This document shows, in pieces, positions 53,214 to 62,341 of a DNA stretch of 64,000 nucleotides. The position numbers were made by a program, and so were the translations under genes. Numbering within the stretch: the stretch's first letter is position 1; each line of letters begins with the position of its first letter. Under the pieces are notes generated by a model that did not search any database, was not told the origin of the DNA, and worked only from the letters and a program-made list of their open reading frames with translations. Source of the DNA: Bacteroides sp. (GTDB lineage: Bacteria > Bacteroidota > Bacteroidia > Bacteroidales > Muribaculaceae); NCBI GenBank assembly GCA_014802425.1, contig JAAVCH010000003.1:22372-86371 (forward strand), read 5' to 3'.

Positions 53214-53283
53214 GCCGGCGTAGTCTGGCCCTTCAGGGCAGGCGATAGTGGTGAATGCGGGGTCGACGCCCGCCGCCGGCACA
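53214..53283 (+). ncRNA. tRNA-like element 2
   Basis: Same acceptor and T stems as element 1; differences confined to loops, linker and wobble/bulge positions. Confidence 0.65.
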
Positions 53284-53317
53284 AGTTTAATCCCAAAATG
53301 AAATAACAATATGAAGT

Positions 53318-53611
53318 ATGAAAAATCGACAGGCAATGCCCGCGTGCTTGCGGGCCGAGATTCCGGAGCTGAAGGATGTGGTGTCGGCTTCGGGAGAGGT
53401 GGAGCCGGGACAGCCGTTGCGGGTGAAGCATCTGCGCGCCATGAAGCCGGGACGCACGTACACGTATTCGGGTCTGACGCCGGAGCAGCTGTATTCGGGG
53501 GCGAACACGGCCTACAAGATGCAGTGGGCGATAGGATGCCGCTTCGAGGTGCGGATACTGGCCGCGGCCGGGCGGATGGACGTGACACGTCATCCATGTC
53601 GGAAGCCGTGA
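53318..53611 (+). CDS. Hypothetical phage protein
   Basis: 97-aa ORF with phage-like codon usage after tRNA-like element 2. Confidence 0.6.
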   Translation: MKNRQAMPACLRAEIPELKDVVSASGEVEPGQPLRVKHLRAMKPGRTYTYSGLTPEQLYSGANTAYKMQWAIGCRFEVRILAAAGRMDVTRHPCRKP

Positions 53612-53769
53612 GGACCGGGGCGGTGTATCTGCTGGCGATCCTGGGACTGTTGCTTTTCTTCGCCATTCCGGAGGAGACATCGGAGCACTGGATGCGGGAT
53701 ATCCTGGTCACCAAGGGTGCGGCGTTCGCCTGCATGGCGGCGGCCATGTGGCTGGGCAGAATAAAATGA
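53596..53769 (+). CDS. Small two-TM membrane protein
   Basis: MSEAVRTGAVYLLAILGLLLFFAIP...AAFACMAAAMWLGRIK, 57 aa. Confidence 0.55.
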   Translation: MSEAVRTGAVYLLAILGLLLFFAIPEETSEHWMRDILVTKGAAFACMAAAMWLGRIK

Positions 53770-53838
53770 GGATAACGGCCGTCCCGCTTCAATGCGTGGA
53801 CAGGCGTGATGGAATGAAGAACCTAAAAAGCATAGCAT

Positions 53839-54123
53839 ATGGAACAGGAGATTATAAATGCCTTGGCCGAGATCAAGCGCTCCGTCATCATCATGATGAA
53901 GAACGTATGGAACGTCGAGGAGCTGGCGCTGGTCCTTGGACTGAGTCCATGCCGGGTGCGCAGAATGGCCGCTGAAGGCGACATCCCCTTCTACAAGCAG
54001 GAGAGGCGCCTTTACTTCAAGCGTGATGAGATCGAGAGATGGCAGACCAGAAACCGTGTGGCCTCGAACGCTGAGATAGAGCAGGAGGCCGCCACGCGCA
54101 TCGCGCTTGGCAGACTTAAATGA
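53839..54123 (+). CDS. Excisionase-like HTH_17 DNA-binding protein
   Basis: WNVEELALVLGLS, IPFYK, LYFKRDEIERW. Confidence 0.85.
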   Translation: MEQEIINALAEIKRSVIIMMKNVWNVEELALVLGLSPCRVRRMAAEGDIPFYKQERRLYFKRDEIERWQTRNRVASNAEIEQEAATRIALGRLK

Positions 54124-54147
54124 TCGGACTTTTGAACGGAATCCGGA

Positions 54148-54459
54148 ATGAATGAAGAGAAAAGAATCGCCGTGCTGCGCGAGGCCGTGGAGGCCGTGGA
54201 GGCCATAGGCGCCATACTGGCCCGGCTCGAAGCCTGTCTCAAGCCCGAGCTTACGGTCAATGAGGCCGCGGCGTATATGGGCATGTCGGTCGGGAAGGTG
54301 CGCGACCTCATAAGCAGAGGCCTCCTGACAGCGCACCGTCCCGAGGGGACGCGGCGGAAGTATGTCAGCCGAAGCGAGATTGAGCGCTATATGGCGCGAC
54401 AGGAAAGGATTTACACTTTAACACATAAAAAACGAGAGAAAAATGGAAATGACGATTAA
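54148..54459 (+). CDS. Excisionase-like HTH_17 DNA-binding protein
   Basis: LTVNEAAAYMGMS..KVRDLISRGLL, VSRSEIERY. Confidence 0.85.
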   Translation: MNEEKRIAVLREAVEAVEAIGAILARLEACLKPELTVNEAAAYMGMSVGKVRDLISRGLLTAHRPEGTRRKYVSRSEIERYMARQERIYTLTHKKREKNGNDD

Positions 54460-54847
54460 CGTGATTATCGGCGCGACGCCTGCGGTAGAGAGACTGCTGA
54501 CGACGCTGGCAGGGACGGCGGCTCAGGCTCCGGCCGTTCAGACTCCGGCTCCGGTGGCTGAGCCTCAGGCGGCGGAGCCGGTGCCTCCGACGGATGAGGA
54601 GATGCGGACGCTGATGGATATCCGGATTTCGGAGTTTGCGGGCAACGGATGGAAGGAGTCGAGGGACCCGCAGGTGATCAGGCTCCGGAAGAGCTGTACG
54701 GCGGCCTTCAAGGAGATAGCGGCTGACAAGGATGCCGCGCGTCCGACGGCCCTTCAGGGGGCGGACCGCGTGTGGTTTCTGGAGCAGATCGAGAAGAATC
54801 TTTTCCTTAACGCTGAGAAGGGGGTGGTGTCATGGAGGCCGTTTTGA
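54443..54847 (+). CDS. Hypothetical phage protein with P/A-rich linker
   Basis: Overlaps both neighbours; usual position upstream of DUF2800. Confidence 0.7.
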   Translation: MEMTINVIIGATPAVERLLTTLAGTAAQAPAVQTPAPVAEPQAAEPVPPTDEEMRTLMDIRISEFAGNGWKESRDPQVIRLRKSCTAAFKEIAADKDAARPTALQGADRVWFLEQIEKNLFLNAEKGVVSWRPF

Positions 54848-56040
54848 AGAATCAGGAGTGCAGGGAAAAGCGGCATGCGCTGCTGTCGGCATCGGGGAGT
54901 CACCGGTGGCTGAACTGCACGCCGTCGGCGGTGGCTGAGGCAGGATATCCGGATGAGGGGAGCATTTTCGCCGAGGAGGGGACTCTGGCCCACGCCATGG
55001 GGGCCGCACAGCTGAAGACGCTTCTCGGTCGGGACAATGCCGCCGAGCTGCGCGAGATCGCGGAGCTGGGCCCGAAGTATGCCTCCGGCGAGATGGAGGA
55101 GCATGTGGAGGGTTATGTCAATTTCGTGATGGAGCGCTACGAGGAGGCCCGCAGGGTGTCGCAGGAGCTCCGGACGGCGGATGCGCAGATCTTCGTGGAG
55201 ACTCATCTGGATTTCTCTGACTGGGTGCCGGAGGGCTTCGGCACGGGTGACGCGGTGATTGTCGGCGGCCGCACGATGGAGATCATCGACCTGAAGTACG
55301 GCAAGGGCGTGAAGGTGGACGCGGAGCGGAATCCGCAGATGATGCTTTATGCGCTGGGCGCCGGCGCCATAGCGGACTACGCTTACGATATCGAGGCCAT
55401 CCGGATGACGATCTACCAGCCGAGGGTCGGGAACCTGAGCACCTGGGAGATTTCGCCGGATGAGCTCCTGGAGTGGGCCGCGGGGCGTCTGCGCCCGCTG
55501 GCGGAGGTGGCCTACCGCGGTCTCGGGGTGCGGAAGAGCGGCGAGTGGTGCCGGTTCTGCAAGGCTAAGGGGGACTGCCGGACGCTGGCCCGGGATGCGT
55601 ATGAAATCACATTCCTCACCTATGCCCCTGCTGATGCCGATGAGCTGACTGCGGAGGAGCGTGCCCGTGTGCTGACTGAGCTGCCGAAGATAAAGGACTG
55701 GCTGAAGGCTTTCGAGGAGGCTTCGCTCGCCAGGGCCCTGCGCGGTGAGGAGATTCCCGGATGGAAGCTCGTGGAGGGGCGGAGCGTGCGGAGGATCACG
55801 GATCCGGAGGCCGTGGGCAGGGCTCTTGAGGAGGAGGCTTGCGCGGAGCCTGAGCAGGTGTGGAAGCCGCGGGAGCTGCGGACGCTGACGGAGCTGGAGA
55901 AGACTTTCGGCAGGAAGTTTTTCGCCAGGACCTGCGGGGAGTGGGTCCATAAGCCTGCGGGGAAGCCTGCGCTCGTGCCGGTGAGCGACAAGCGCGTGGC
56001 GCTGGATCCGGCTTCGGATTTCGACGGAATGGAGATATGA
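54832..56040 (+). CDS. DUF2800 family PD-(D/E)XK nuclease-like protein
   Basis: HALLSAS..HRWLNC, AEEGTLAH, GFGTGD, IIDLKYGKG, NPQMMLYALG, WCRFCK. Confidence 0.9.
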   Translation: MEAVLKNQECREKRHALLSASGSHRWLNCTPSAVAEAGYPDEGSIFAEEGTLAHAMGAAQLKTLLGRDNAAELREIAELGPKYASGEMEEHVEGYVNFVMERYEEARRVSQELRTADAQIFVETHLDFSDWVPEGFGTGDAVIVGGRTMEIIDLKYGKGVKVDAERNPQMMLYALGAGAIADYAYDIEAIRMTIYQPRVGNLSTWEISPDELLEWAAGRLRPLAEVAYRGLGVRKSGEWCRFCKAKGDCRTLARDAYEITFLTYAPADADELTAEERARVLTELPKIKDWLKAFEEASLARALRGEEIPGWKLVEGRSVRRITDPEAVGRALEEEACAEPEQVWKPRELRTLTELEKTFGRKFFARTCGEWVHKPAGKPALVPVSDKRVALDPASDFDGMEI

Positions 56041-56075
56041 GCAAACGATCAATAACCGATTTAACAATTTGAATC

Positions 56076-56678
56076 ATGACAAAGAAGATTAAGAATTTCA
56101 CTGCAGGGACTCCTAAGGGACGCCCGGCGACAAGTGTCGTGCTGCGCGCACGTCTGAGTTATGTACACCTCGACACTCCCTGGGCAGGGGCCGAGGGGAA
56201 TACGCCGAAGTACAGTGTGTCGGCCATCATTCCGAAGGAGGATGTGGAGACGGTGGGGGCCGTGCGCAAGGCCATCGACGCGGCGCTGACGGAGGGTGTG
56301 GCTAAATGCTGGAAGGGGAAGCGGCCCAATCCGAAGGCATCGAGCTTCAAGTATCCGCTGAAGGACGGCGATGAGGAGCGTCCGGATGACCCGGCGTATG
56401 CGGGGGCATGGTTCTTCGGGGCCAACAGCAGTTCTCAGCCGGCGCTGGTCGACAGGCTCAAGCACCCGGTGGGCCCCGAGGCGTTCTATTCGGGTTGCTG
56501 GGGGCTGATATCGGTGAATTTCTTCCCGTTCGCCCAGGGTTCCAACGGGGTCAGTGCCGGGCTGAACTCGGTGCTGAAGTGGGCCGATGATGACGCTCTC
56601 GGCGGGAACCGTGACGGGGCGCATGACTTCGACGACTTCGACACGGAGCCGGACGAGGAGGAGCTTGAGGACCTCTGA
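56076..56678 (+). CDS. DUF2815 family single-stranded DNA-binding protein
   Basis: RLSYVHL, KYSVS.IIPK, PLKDGD, FYSGC, GVSAGLN, acidic tail. Confidence 0.9.
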   Translation: MTKKIKNFTAGTPKGRPATSVVLRARLSYVHLDTPWAGAEGNTPKYSVSAIIPKEDVETVGAVRKAIDAALTEGVAKCWKGKRPNPKASSFKYPLKDGDEERPDDPAYAGAWFFGANSSSQPALVDRLKHPVGPEAFYSGCWGLISVNFFPFAQGSNGVSAGLNSVLKWADDDALGGNRDGAHDFDDFDTEPDEEELEDL

Positions 56679-56740
56679 TCACTTCCGGCACGACGCGCCG
56701 GGGGACGCACCCGCGACTCCCGGCGCGATATTGCATCTAC

Positions 56741-56784
56741 CCTATCCCATTTATCCTTCCCCATTTATCCTATCCCATTTATCC
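56741..56784 (+). repeat. 14-bp pyrimidine-rich tandem repeat x3
   Basis: CCTATCCCATTTAT CCTTCCCCATTTAT CCTATCCCATTTAT. Confidence 0.85.
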
Positions 56785-56802
56785 CTTTACTTTTTTACCC
56801 AA

Positions 56803-59421
56803 ATGAATAATCTTACCCTCACCATAGCGGTGGCCAGGAGCCGGCGGGCGAAACGCTGGAGCAATGTCGAAATGACGTGGGAGGAGCTGCGCGACAGGCT
56901 CCTCGACGTCAGAGAGACACAGGAGACGGCTCCGGAATACCGGCGCATGAGCCGCGATGCGCAGACGGAAGTCAAGGATGTCGGCGGGTTCGTCGGCGGG
57001 CGTCTGCGCGACGGCATACGGAAGGCCACGCATGTGGAGAGCCGGTCGGTCGTGACGCTGGATTACGATGACTTCTCGAAGGAGCGGATGACGCAGCTGC
57101 GCGATGCCCTGGACCAGATGGGCGTGGCGTGGGCGGTGCATTCGACCCACAAGCATGCCGATTATGCGTGGCGCATCCGCCTGACCGTGCCGGCCTCGCG
57201 TCCGATGACGGGGGATGAGTACGGGGCGGTGGCGCGCCGTGTGGCCGAGCTGGTGGGGATGACGGGTATCGACCGGAGCACTTTCGAGGCCTGCCGGCTG
57301 ATGTTCTGGGGGTCGCGGTCGAAGGGGGCGCCGTATGTGGCGGAGTCTTCGGAGGGCGATGCCCTGGATGTCGACGGGATGCTGGCCTCGTATGCCGACT
57401 GGCGCGACATGAGCCTCTGGCCGCTGGCTCCGGACGAGGAGACCGACCGTCTCTACGAGGCTTCGGGCCATGCTGTCGGGGCGCCCGTGGCGGCCGGTGT
57501 GCCGGGGCGCCGGCAGGAGGATCCGACGGCGAAGAAGGGATTGGTCGGGGCGTTCTGCCGGACGTACGACATCGAGGGGGCCATAGGGAGGTATCTGCCG
57601 GAGGTCTACACGCGGAAAGGGCGCAATCATTACACCTACACCCGCGGGACCACTTCCGGAGGGGCGTGGGTGGTGGAGGACGGGAAGTTCCTTTATTCCT
57701 ATCATTCCACGGATCCGGCTCACGGGCGCCTGCTGAATGCCTGGGACCTGGTGCGGGTGCACCGGTTCGGGCATCTGGACGGGGAGGAGGGACGGGGCGA
57801 CCGGCTCCCCTCCTTCAGGGAGATGTCGGCGCTGGCGATGGAGGACGGCGCCGTGCGCCTGAGGCTGATGGACGAGCGGCATGCTGAGGCGCGGAGCGAC
57901 TTCGACGGCGCCGGGGCGCCGGAGGAGGAGATTTCGGGCTCCCGCCCTCTCCGCGAGGACGGGCAGGCCACGGGGGAGGCTCCGGAAGCTGAGCCGGCGG
58001 CGGAGGCCGCATGGGCGGAATGGGACCGGGTGCGGGCCGCGAAGCTGAAGCCTCAGAAGGACGGGACGCTGAAGACCACGATCACGCATTGCGATGTGGT
58101 CATCGACGGCGACCCGCGCCTGAAGGGGAAGATCTGGCTCGACGATTTCTCGGGGCAGATCATGGTGGAGGGCTCACTGCCATGGCGGCGGACCGCCGCG
58201 CGCTGGACGAATAATGACGATGCGCTGCTGCGGGGTTTCCTGGACAGGTACTACGGGCTGAACGGGGCGCAGAAGGTGGACGACGCGCTGATCAGCGTGG
58301 CCAACCGCTACGGGCGGCATCCCGTCAGGGTCTATCTCGAAGGGCTGGAGTGGGACGGCACGGAGCGTCTGGAGCGGGTCTTCACGGATGTGCTCGGGGC
58401 CGAGGACACGGCTCTTAACCGGGAGCTCTTCCGCCTGATATGCGTCGGGGCGGTGCGGAGGATTTTCGAGCCGGGGTCGAAGTTCGATTACTTCATCATC
58501 GTGCGCGGCCCGGAGGGGACCGGAAAATCGACGCTTTTCCAGAAGATGGGGGGCGAGTGGTTCTCGGACTCGGTATCGAGTATCGAGGGTAAGGAGGGTA
58601 TGGAGGCCGTGCAGGGGAAATGGATCATCGAGATGCCGGAGCTGACGAGCGTGAAGCGCTCGGAGGTGGAGCTGCTGAAGGGGTTCATCTCGCGCCTGGA
58701 GGACAAGTACCGTCCGGCCTACGGGCGCAAGGAGGAGTGGCGCCCGCGGCAGTGCGTGATGGTGGGCACCACCAACGAGGACCTCTTCCTGCGGGGCATC
58801 ACGACGGGCAACCGGCGCAGCCCGGTTGTGGTGGTGGACCCCAAACTGAAGAAGGTCGACGAATGGGTCGGCGACTGGGTCGACCGGTGGCGCGACCAGC
58901 TGTGGGCGGAGGCCGTGGCGCTGTACCGCCGGGGATACCGCACATGGCTCGACACGGAGCTTGAGAAGGAGGCGAAGGCCACTCAGGACGCCCATAACCT
59001 CGACAAGCAGTCGGTGCTGTTTCCGGAAGTGGACCGGTTCCTCGACATGTGGCTTCCGGAGCACTGGGAGGACGACTACACCCAGGCGGAGCGCCTGAAA
59101 TGGCTCGACGAGCAGGGGATGACGCAGAGCGTGGACTCCGGGGGCGAGGAGCCGGTGGGGTTCCGGCGCCGGGAATACATCACCTGCACCGAAATCCTAC
59201 AGGAGCTCCTGCGGATGAAGCGCACGGACGCCGGGTATATCGCGAAATCCCGCGAGATGGGACAGTATCTGAATTCGCTGGAGGGATGGACCTTCATAGG
59301 GCCACGGAGAAATAGAATTTATGGAAATCAGAAGACATGGCGACGTAGTTTGACTACCGACAAAACCGACAATAATATCTTCGGTAGTCAAAGCTTCGGT
59401 AGTCTTTTAGATAATTTATAA
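56803..59421 (+). CDS. Primase-like N-terminus fused to VapE/VirE-family helicase
   Basis: KDVGGFVGG, TLDYD, HSTHKH, RLMFW; Walker A GPEGTGKST, YRPAYGR, GTTN, TGNRR. Confidence 0.9.
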   Translation: MNNLTLTIAVARSRRAKRWSNVEMTWEELRDRLLDVRETQETAPEYRRMSRDAQTEVKDVGGFVGGRLRDGIRKATHVESRSVVTLDYDDFSKERMTQLRDALDQMGVAWAVHSTHKHADYAWRIRLTVPASRPMTGDEYGAVARRVAELVGMTGIDRSTFEACRLMFWGSRSKGAPYVAESSEGDALDVDGMLASYADWRDMSLWPLAPDEETDRLYEASGHAVGAPVAAGVPGRRQEDPTAKKGLVGAFCRTYDIEGAIGRYLPEVYTRKGRNHYTYTRGTTSGGAWVVEDGKFLYSYHSTDPAHGRLLNAWDLVRVHRFGHLDGEEGRGDRLPSFREMSALAMEDGAVRLRLMDERHAEARSDFDGAGAPEEEISGSRPLREDGQATGEAPEAEPAAEAAWAEWDRVRAAKLKPQKDGTLKTTITHCDVVIDGDPRLKGKIWLDDFSGQIMVEGSLPWRRTAARWTNNDDALLRGFLDRYYGLNGAQKVDDALISVANRYGRHPVRVYLEGLEWDGTERLERVFTDVLGAEDTALNRELFRLICVGAVRRIFEPGSKFDYFIIVRGPEGTGKSTLFQKMGGEWFSDSVSSIEGKEGMEAVQGKWIIEMPELTSVKRSEVELLKGFISRLEDKYRPAYGRKEEWRPRQCVMVGTTNEDLFLRGITTGNRRSPVVVVDPKLKKVDEWVGDWVDRWRDQLWAEAVALYRRGYRTWLDTELEKEAKATQDAHNLDKQSVLFPEVDRFLDMWLPEHWEDDYTQAERLKWLDEQGMTQSVDSGGEEPVGFRRREYITCTEILQELLRMKRTDAGYIAKSREMGQYLNSLEGWTFIGPRRNRIYGNQKTWRRSLTTDKTDNNIFGSQSFGSLLDNL

Positions 59422-59596
59422 TCAATATATTACAATATTACGATACTACTTGACTACCGAAGAATTCTTATATAGACTCAAAAAAGCTTGTCACAATACC
59501 TTTCAGGCATATTGCGCAGGCGTATACGCGTATTATGAAAACCCGGTAGTCTCGGTAGTCTCGGTAGTCAAAACTACAAAAAACTACAAAACTACA
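59352..59596. repeat. Iteron array around an AT-rich spacer (putative replication origin)
   Basis: GACTACCG at 59352 and 59452; reverse copies (T/C)CGGTAGTC at 59381, 59396, 59543, 59552, 59561; AAACTACA x3. Confidence 0.75.
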
Positions 59597-59599
59597 TCA

Positions 59600-59944
59600 A
59601 TGAAACAACGAGACTTGACGCGCAACGCTCAGGAGAGCGAGAAGGAGATAGAGCGGTACCTGTCGGCGCTGGCGCATATGCACGGGGCGATATCGCTGAA
59701 GTATACGTCGGGGACGTCGACGGGATTTCCGGACCGGCTTCTGCTGTTCGCCCAGGGGGTGGCGGTCTGGGTGGAGGTGAAGTCGAAGGGGCGGATGCCG
59801 ACGAGGCTTCAGCTCTTCCAGATAGGGCGGCTCCGGAGGCTGGGGCACATGGCCTTCATATGTGACTCGCGCGAGACGGCGGAGGAGATCGTCGGCAAGG
59901 CCCTGCGCGAGGTGGACCGCCGGGAAAGGAGGGTGGCGCCATGA
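59600..59944 (+). CDS. VRR-NUC domain nuclease
   Basis: EKEIE, GFPDRL, WVEVK..G..PT.LQ. Confidence 0.88.
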   Translation: MKQRDLTRNAQESEKEIERYLSALAHMHGAISLKYTSGTSTGFPDRLLLFAQGVAVWVEVKSKGRMPTRLQLFQIGRLRRLGHMAFICDSRETAEEIVGKALREVDRRERRVAP

Positions 59945-61308
59945 GATTCACGCCTCACGACTATCAGCTCCGGGCGAAGGAGTGGGTGATCTCCCATCCG
60001 CGCTGCCTGCTGTTCCTGGACATGGGGCTGGGGAAGTCGGTGGTGACGCTGTCGGCCGTGGCGGAGCTGCTGACGCACGGCGAGGCCGAGCGGGTGCTGG
60101 TGGTGGCTCCGAAGAAGGTGGCCGAGTCGACCTGGAGCGCCGAGGCCGCGAAGTGGGACCACCTCGGCTGGCTGAGGGTGGCCACGGTCATGGGGACACC
60201 GGCCCGGAGGGAAGCGGCACTGGATGAGGAGGCCGACGTGTGGGTCGTCGGGCGCGACTCCCTCCCCTGGCTTGAGGAGACGATGCGCAGGCAGGGGCGC
60301 CCGCCCTTCGACATGATAGTGCTCGATGAGCTGACGAGCTTCAAGAATCCGCGGAGCCTGCGCTTCAAGGCGCTGAGGAGGATGACGCCCGGGGCTCACC
60401 GGGTGGTCGGGCTGACCGGCACCCCTACCCCCAACGGGCTGAAGGACCTCTGGGGGCAGGTCTACTGCATCGACTCCGGGGCGAGGCTGGGGAGGTTCGT
60501 GACGCATTACCGCGAGAAGTACTTCCACTGCATCCAGCGCAACAACATCATCATCCGCATGACCCCGAAGGCCGGGGCCGAGGAGGAGATCCTGGAGCTC
60601 ATCGGCGACATCGCCATCACGATGCGGGCCGAGGATTACCTTCATCTGCCGGACTTCCTGGAGGAGGACGTCAGGGTGATGCTGCCGGAGAAGAGCCTGA
60701 AGGCCTACCGGAAGTTCGAGCGGGAGCGCATCGACGAGACCCTTCGGGGAGCCGGAGGGAAGGCGTCGGCGGTGAGCGCCGCGTCGGCGGCGGCGCTGAC
60801 GGGGAAGCTGTCGCAGTGGGCCAACGGGGCCATCTATGCCGACGACGGCGCGGTGCTCCCCCTTCATGAGGCGAAGCTGGAGATGATGGAGGAACTCCTG
60901 GAGGGGGCGCCGGAGGAGAATGTGCTGGTGTTCTATCAGTATGAGCATGACCGGGACCGGATACTCTCGCGCTTCGCCAGGCTGGCGCCGCGGGTGTATT
61001 CGGGGGATGAGGACCTGCGCGACTGGAACGCGGGCAGGATCCGGATGCTCCTCGCCCACCCCGCGTCGACGGCCTACGGGCTGAACATGCAGGCCGGTGG
61101 ACGATGGATCCTGTGGTTCTCCACCGGCTGGAACCTTGAGCTTTACCAGCAGGCCAACGCCCGGCTCTACCGCCAGGGGCAGACGCGGCCGGTGATGGTG
61201 CACCGCCTGATATCGGCGGGGACGGTCGACGAGCGCATGGCCGAGGCCCTGGCCGGGAAGGGGTTCAGCCAATCGGAGCTTATCCGGCGCCTGGCTGAGG
61301 TTTTATGA
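59941..61308 (+). CDS. SNF2-type phage helicase
   Basis: PHDYQ, DMGLGKS, VLDE, GLTGTP, YGLNMQ, QANARLYRQGQ. Confidence 0.92.
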   Translation: MRFTPHDYQLRAKEWVISHPRCLLFLDMGLGKSVVTLSAVAELLTHGEAERVLVVAPKKVAESTWSAEAAKWDHLGWLRVATVMGTPARREAALDEEADVWVVGRDSLPWLEETMRRQGRPPFDMIVLDELTSFKNPRSLRFKALRRMTPGAHRVVGLTGTPTPNGLKDLWGQVYCIDSGARLGRFVTHYREKYFHCIQRNNIIIRMTPKAGAEEEILELIGDIAITMRAEDYLHLPDFLEEDVRVMLPEKSLKAYRKFERERIDETLRGAGGKASAVSAASAAALTGKLSQWANGAIYADDGAVLPLHEAKLEMMEELLEGAPEENVLVFYQYEHDRDRILSRFARLAPRVYSGDEDLRDWNAGRIRMLLAHPASTAYGLNMQAGGRWILWFSTGWNLELYQQANARLYRQGQTRPVMVHRLISAGTVDERMAEALAGKGFSQSELIRRLAEVL

Positions 61309-61332
61309 CTTGACAAAGCGAACGATTTGCAT

Positions 61333-61340
61333 TATCTTTG
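61333..61340 (+). promoter_or_regulatory. -7 promoter box ahead of HNH/terminase genes
   Basis: TATCTTTG followed by CA, in the helicase-HNH gap. Confidence 0.5.
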
Positions 61341-61432
61341 CAGAAGTTACATGTCACCGCACTTACTCAGCTGACACCGGACCATTCGCGAGGGTCATGG
61401 AATACAGGGAAAAGATAAAACCCTACCGCGAT

Positions 61433-61792
61433 ATGGCCAAAGACGAACAATACAGACGCATGATCAACTCGGCCCGATGGCTGAGGCTGAGACGCAAGAT
61501 ACTTTCGGACTCGCCCCTCTGCGCACGATGCGGGGAGGCGGGTCTGCTGACGTGCGCGCAGGAGGTGCATCACGTAATCCCGGTGGAGACGGGCTTCGGG
61601 ATCGAGGAGAAGGAGCGGCTGATGTTCGACGCCTCGAACCTGATGGCGCTCTGCCATGCCTGCCATGTGGCCGTGCACACGGAGATGGGACGCAGCGGAC
61701 GCGCGGCCCGGCGCCGGCGGCGCGAGCTGCACGCGGCCAGAGTGCGGGAGGCCTTCTTCGGGGAGACCGGGGGGAGTCCCCCCGGGGGGTGA
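61433..61792 (+). CDS. HNH endonuclease (terminase-associated)
   Basis: PLCARC, EVHHVIP, NLMALCHACH. Confidence 0.9.
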   Translation: MAKDEQYRRMINSARWLRLRRKILSDSPLCARCGEAGLLTCAQEVHHVIPVETGFGIEEKERLMFDASNLMALCHACHVAVHTEMGRSGRAARRRRRELHAARVREAFFGETGGSPPGG

Positions 61793-61933
61793 TTTTTTAA
61801 AGACCCCCTCTTTTGTCTAAACCTCACGGCCACCCATTCCCTGAACGCGAGTGATTTTTTCGATTTTAGCAAACTTTTCCCCGGGCAGTCCGGGTCCAAT
61901 CCGGAAAACCCGACCAAATTCCACTGACCCAAA

Positions 61934-62341
61934 ATGGCCAAACTGACCGAAGATTATAAGAAAGACATCGTCAAGGCCCTGCGCAAGGCGGGGCGTTACT
62001 CCACCGGACTGACCGCGCAGGTGGTGAGTCTGGCCGGCGCGCTGCGCACACTCGACATGGCCAACGACGACATCGACGCCCTGGAGACCTGCACCATCAC
62101 CACCGTGAGCCGCTACGGCAACGAGACACTGGCGCCGCACCCGGTGTTCAAGATTCAGAAGGACGCCCAGGACTCCGTCACCCGCCAGATGAAGGCTCTC
62201 GGCCTGACGGCCGAACAACTCACCGGCTCCGATGACTCCGACCCGCTCTACGACCTGACAAAGAAAGTGCTCGACGCCGGCAGGAAGGCCGACGTGATAC
62301 TGCGGCGCGACGCCGCCCATGAAGACGAAGGGGACGCATGA
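61934..62341 (+). CDS. terS: Terminase small subunit (P27-like)
   Basis: HPVFKIQ...KALGLT motif; lies between HNH and TerL. Confidence 0.8.
   Translation: MAKLTEDYKKDIVKALRKAGRYSTGLTAQVVSLAGALRTLDMANDDIDALETCTITTVSRYGNETLAPHPVFKIQKDAQDSVTRQMKALGLTAEQLTGSDDSDPLYDLTKKVLDAGRKADVILRRDAAHEDEGDA

Noticed and set aside
52355-53283. Calling the tRNA-like elements real tRNA genes
   Set aside because: No 7-nt anticodon loop, non-canonical T loop and no separate D arm.
54832-56040. Cas4-like nuclease as a sign of a CRISPR system
   Set aside because: It is the ordinary DUF2800 replication-module gene; no repeat-spacer array or other cas genes are visible.
46306-59371. Exact 15-bp match CCGACAAAACCGACA between the att-like relic flank (minus, 46306-46320) and the origin (59357-59371)
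   Set aside because: One 15-mer match within about 20 kb on two strands is plausible by chance, and the word is internally repetitive.
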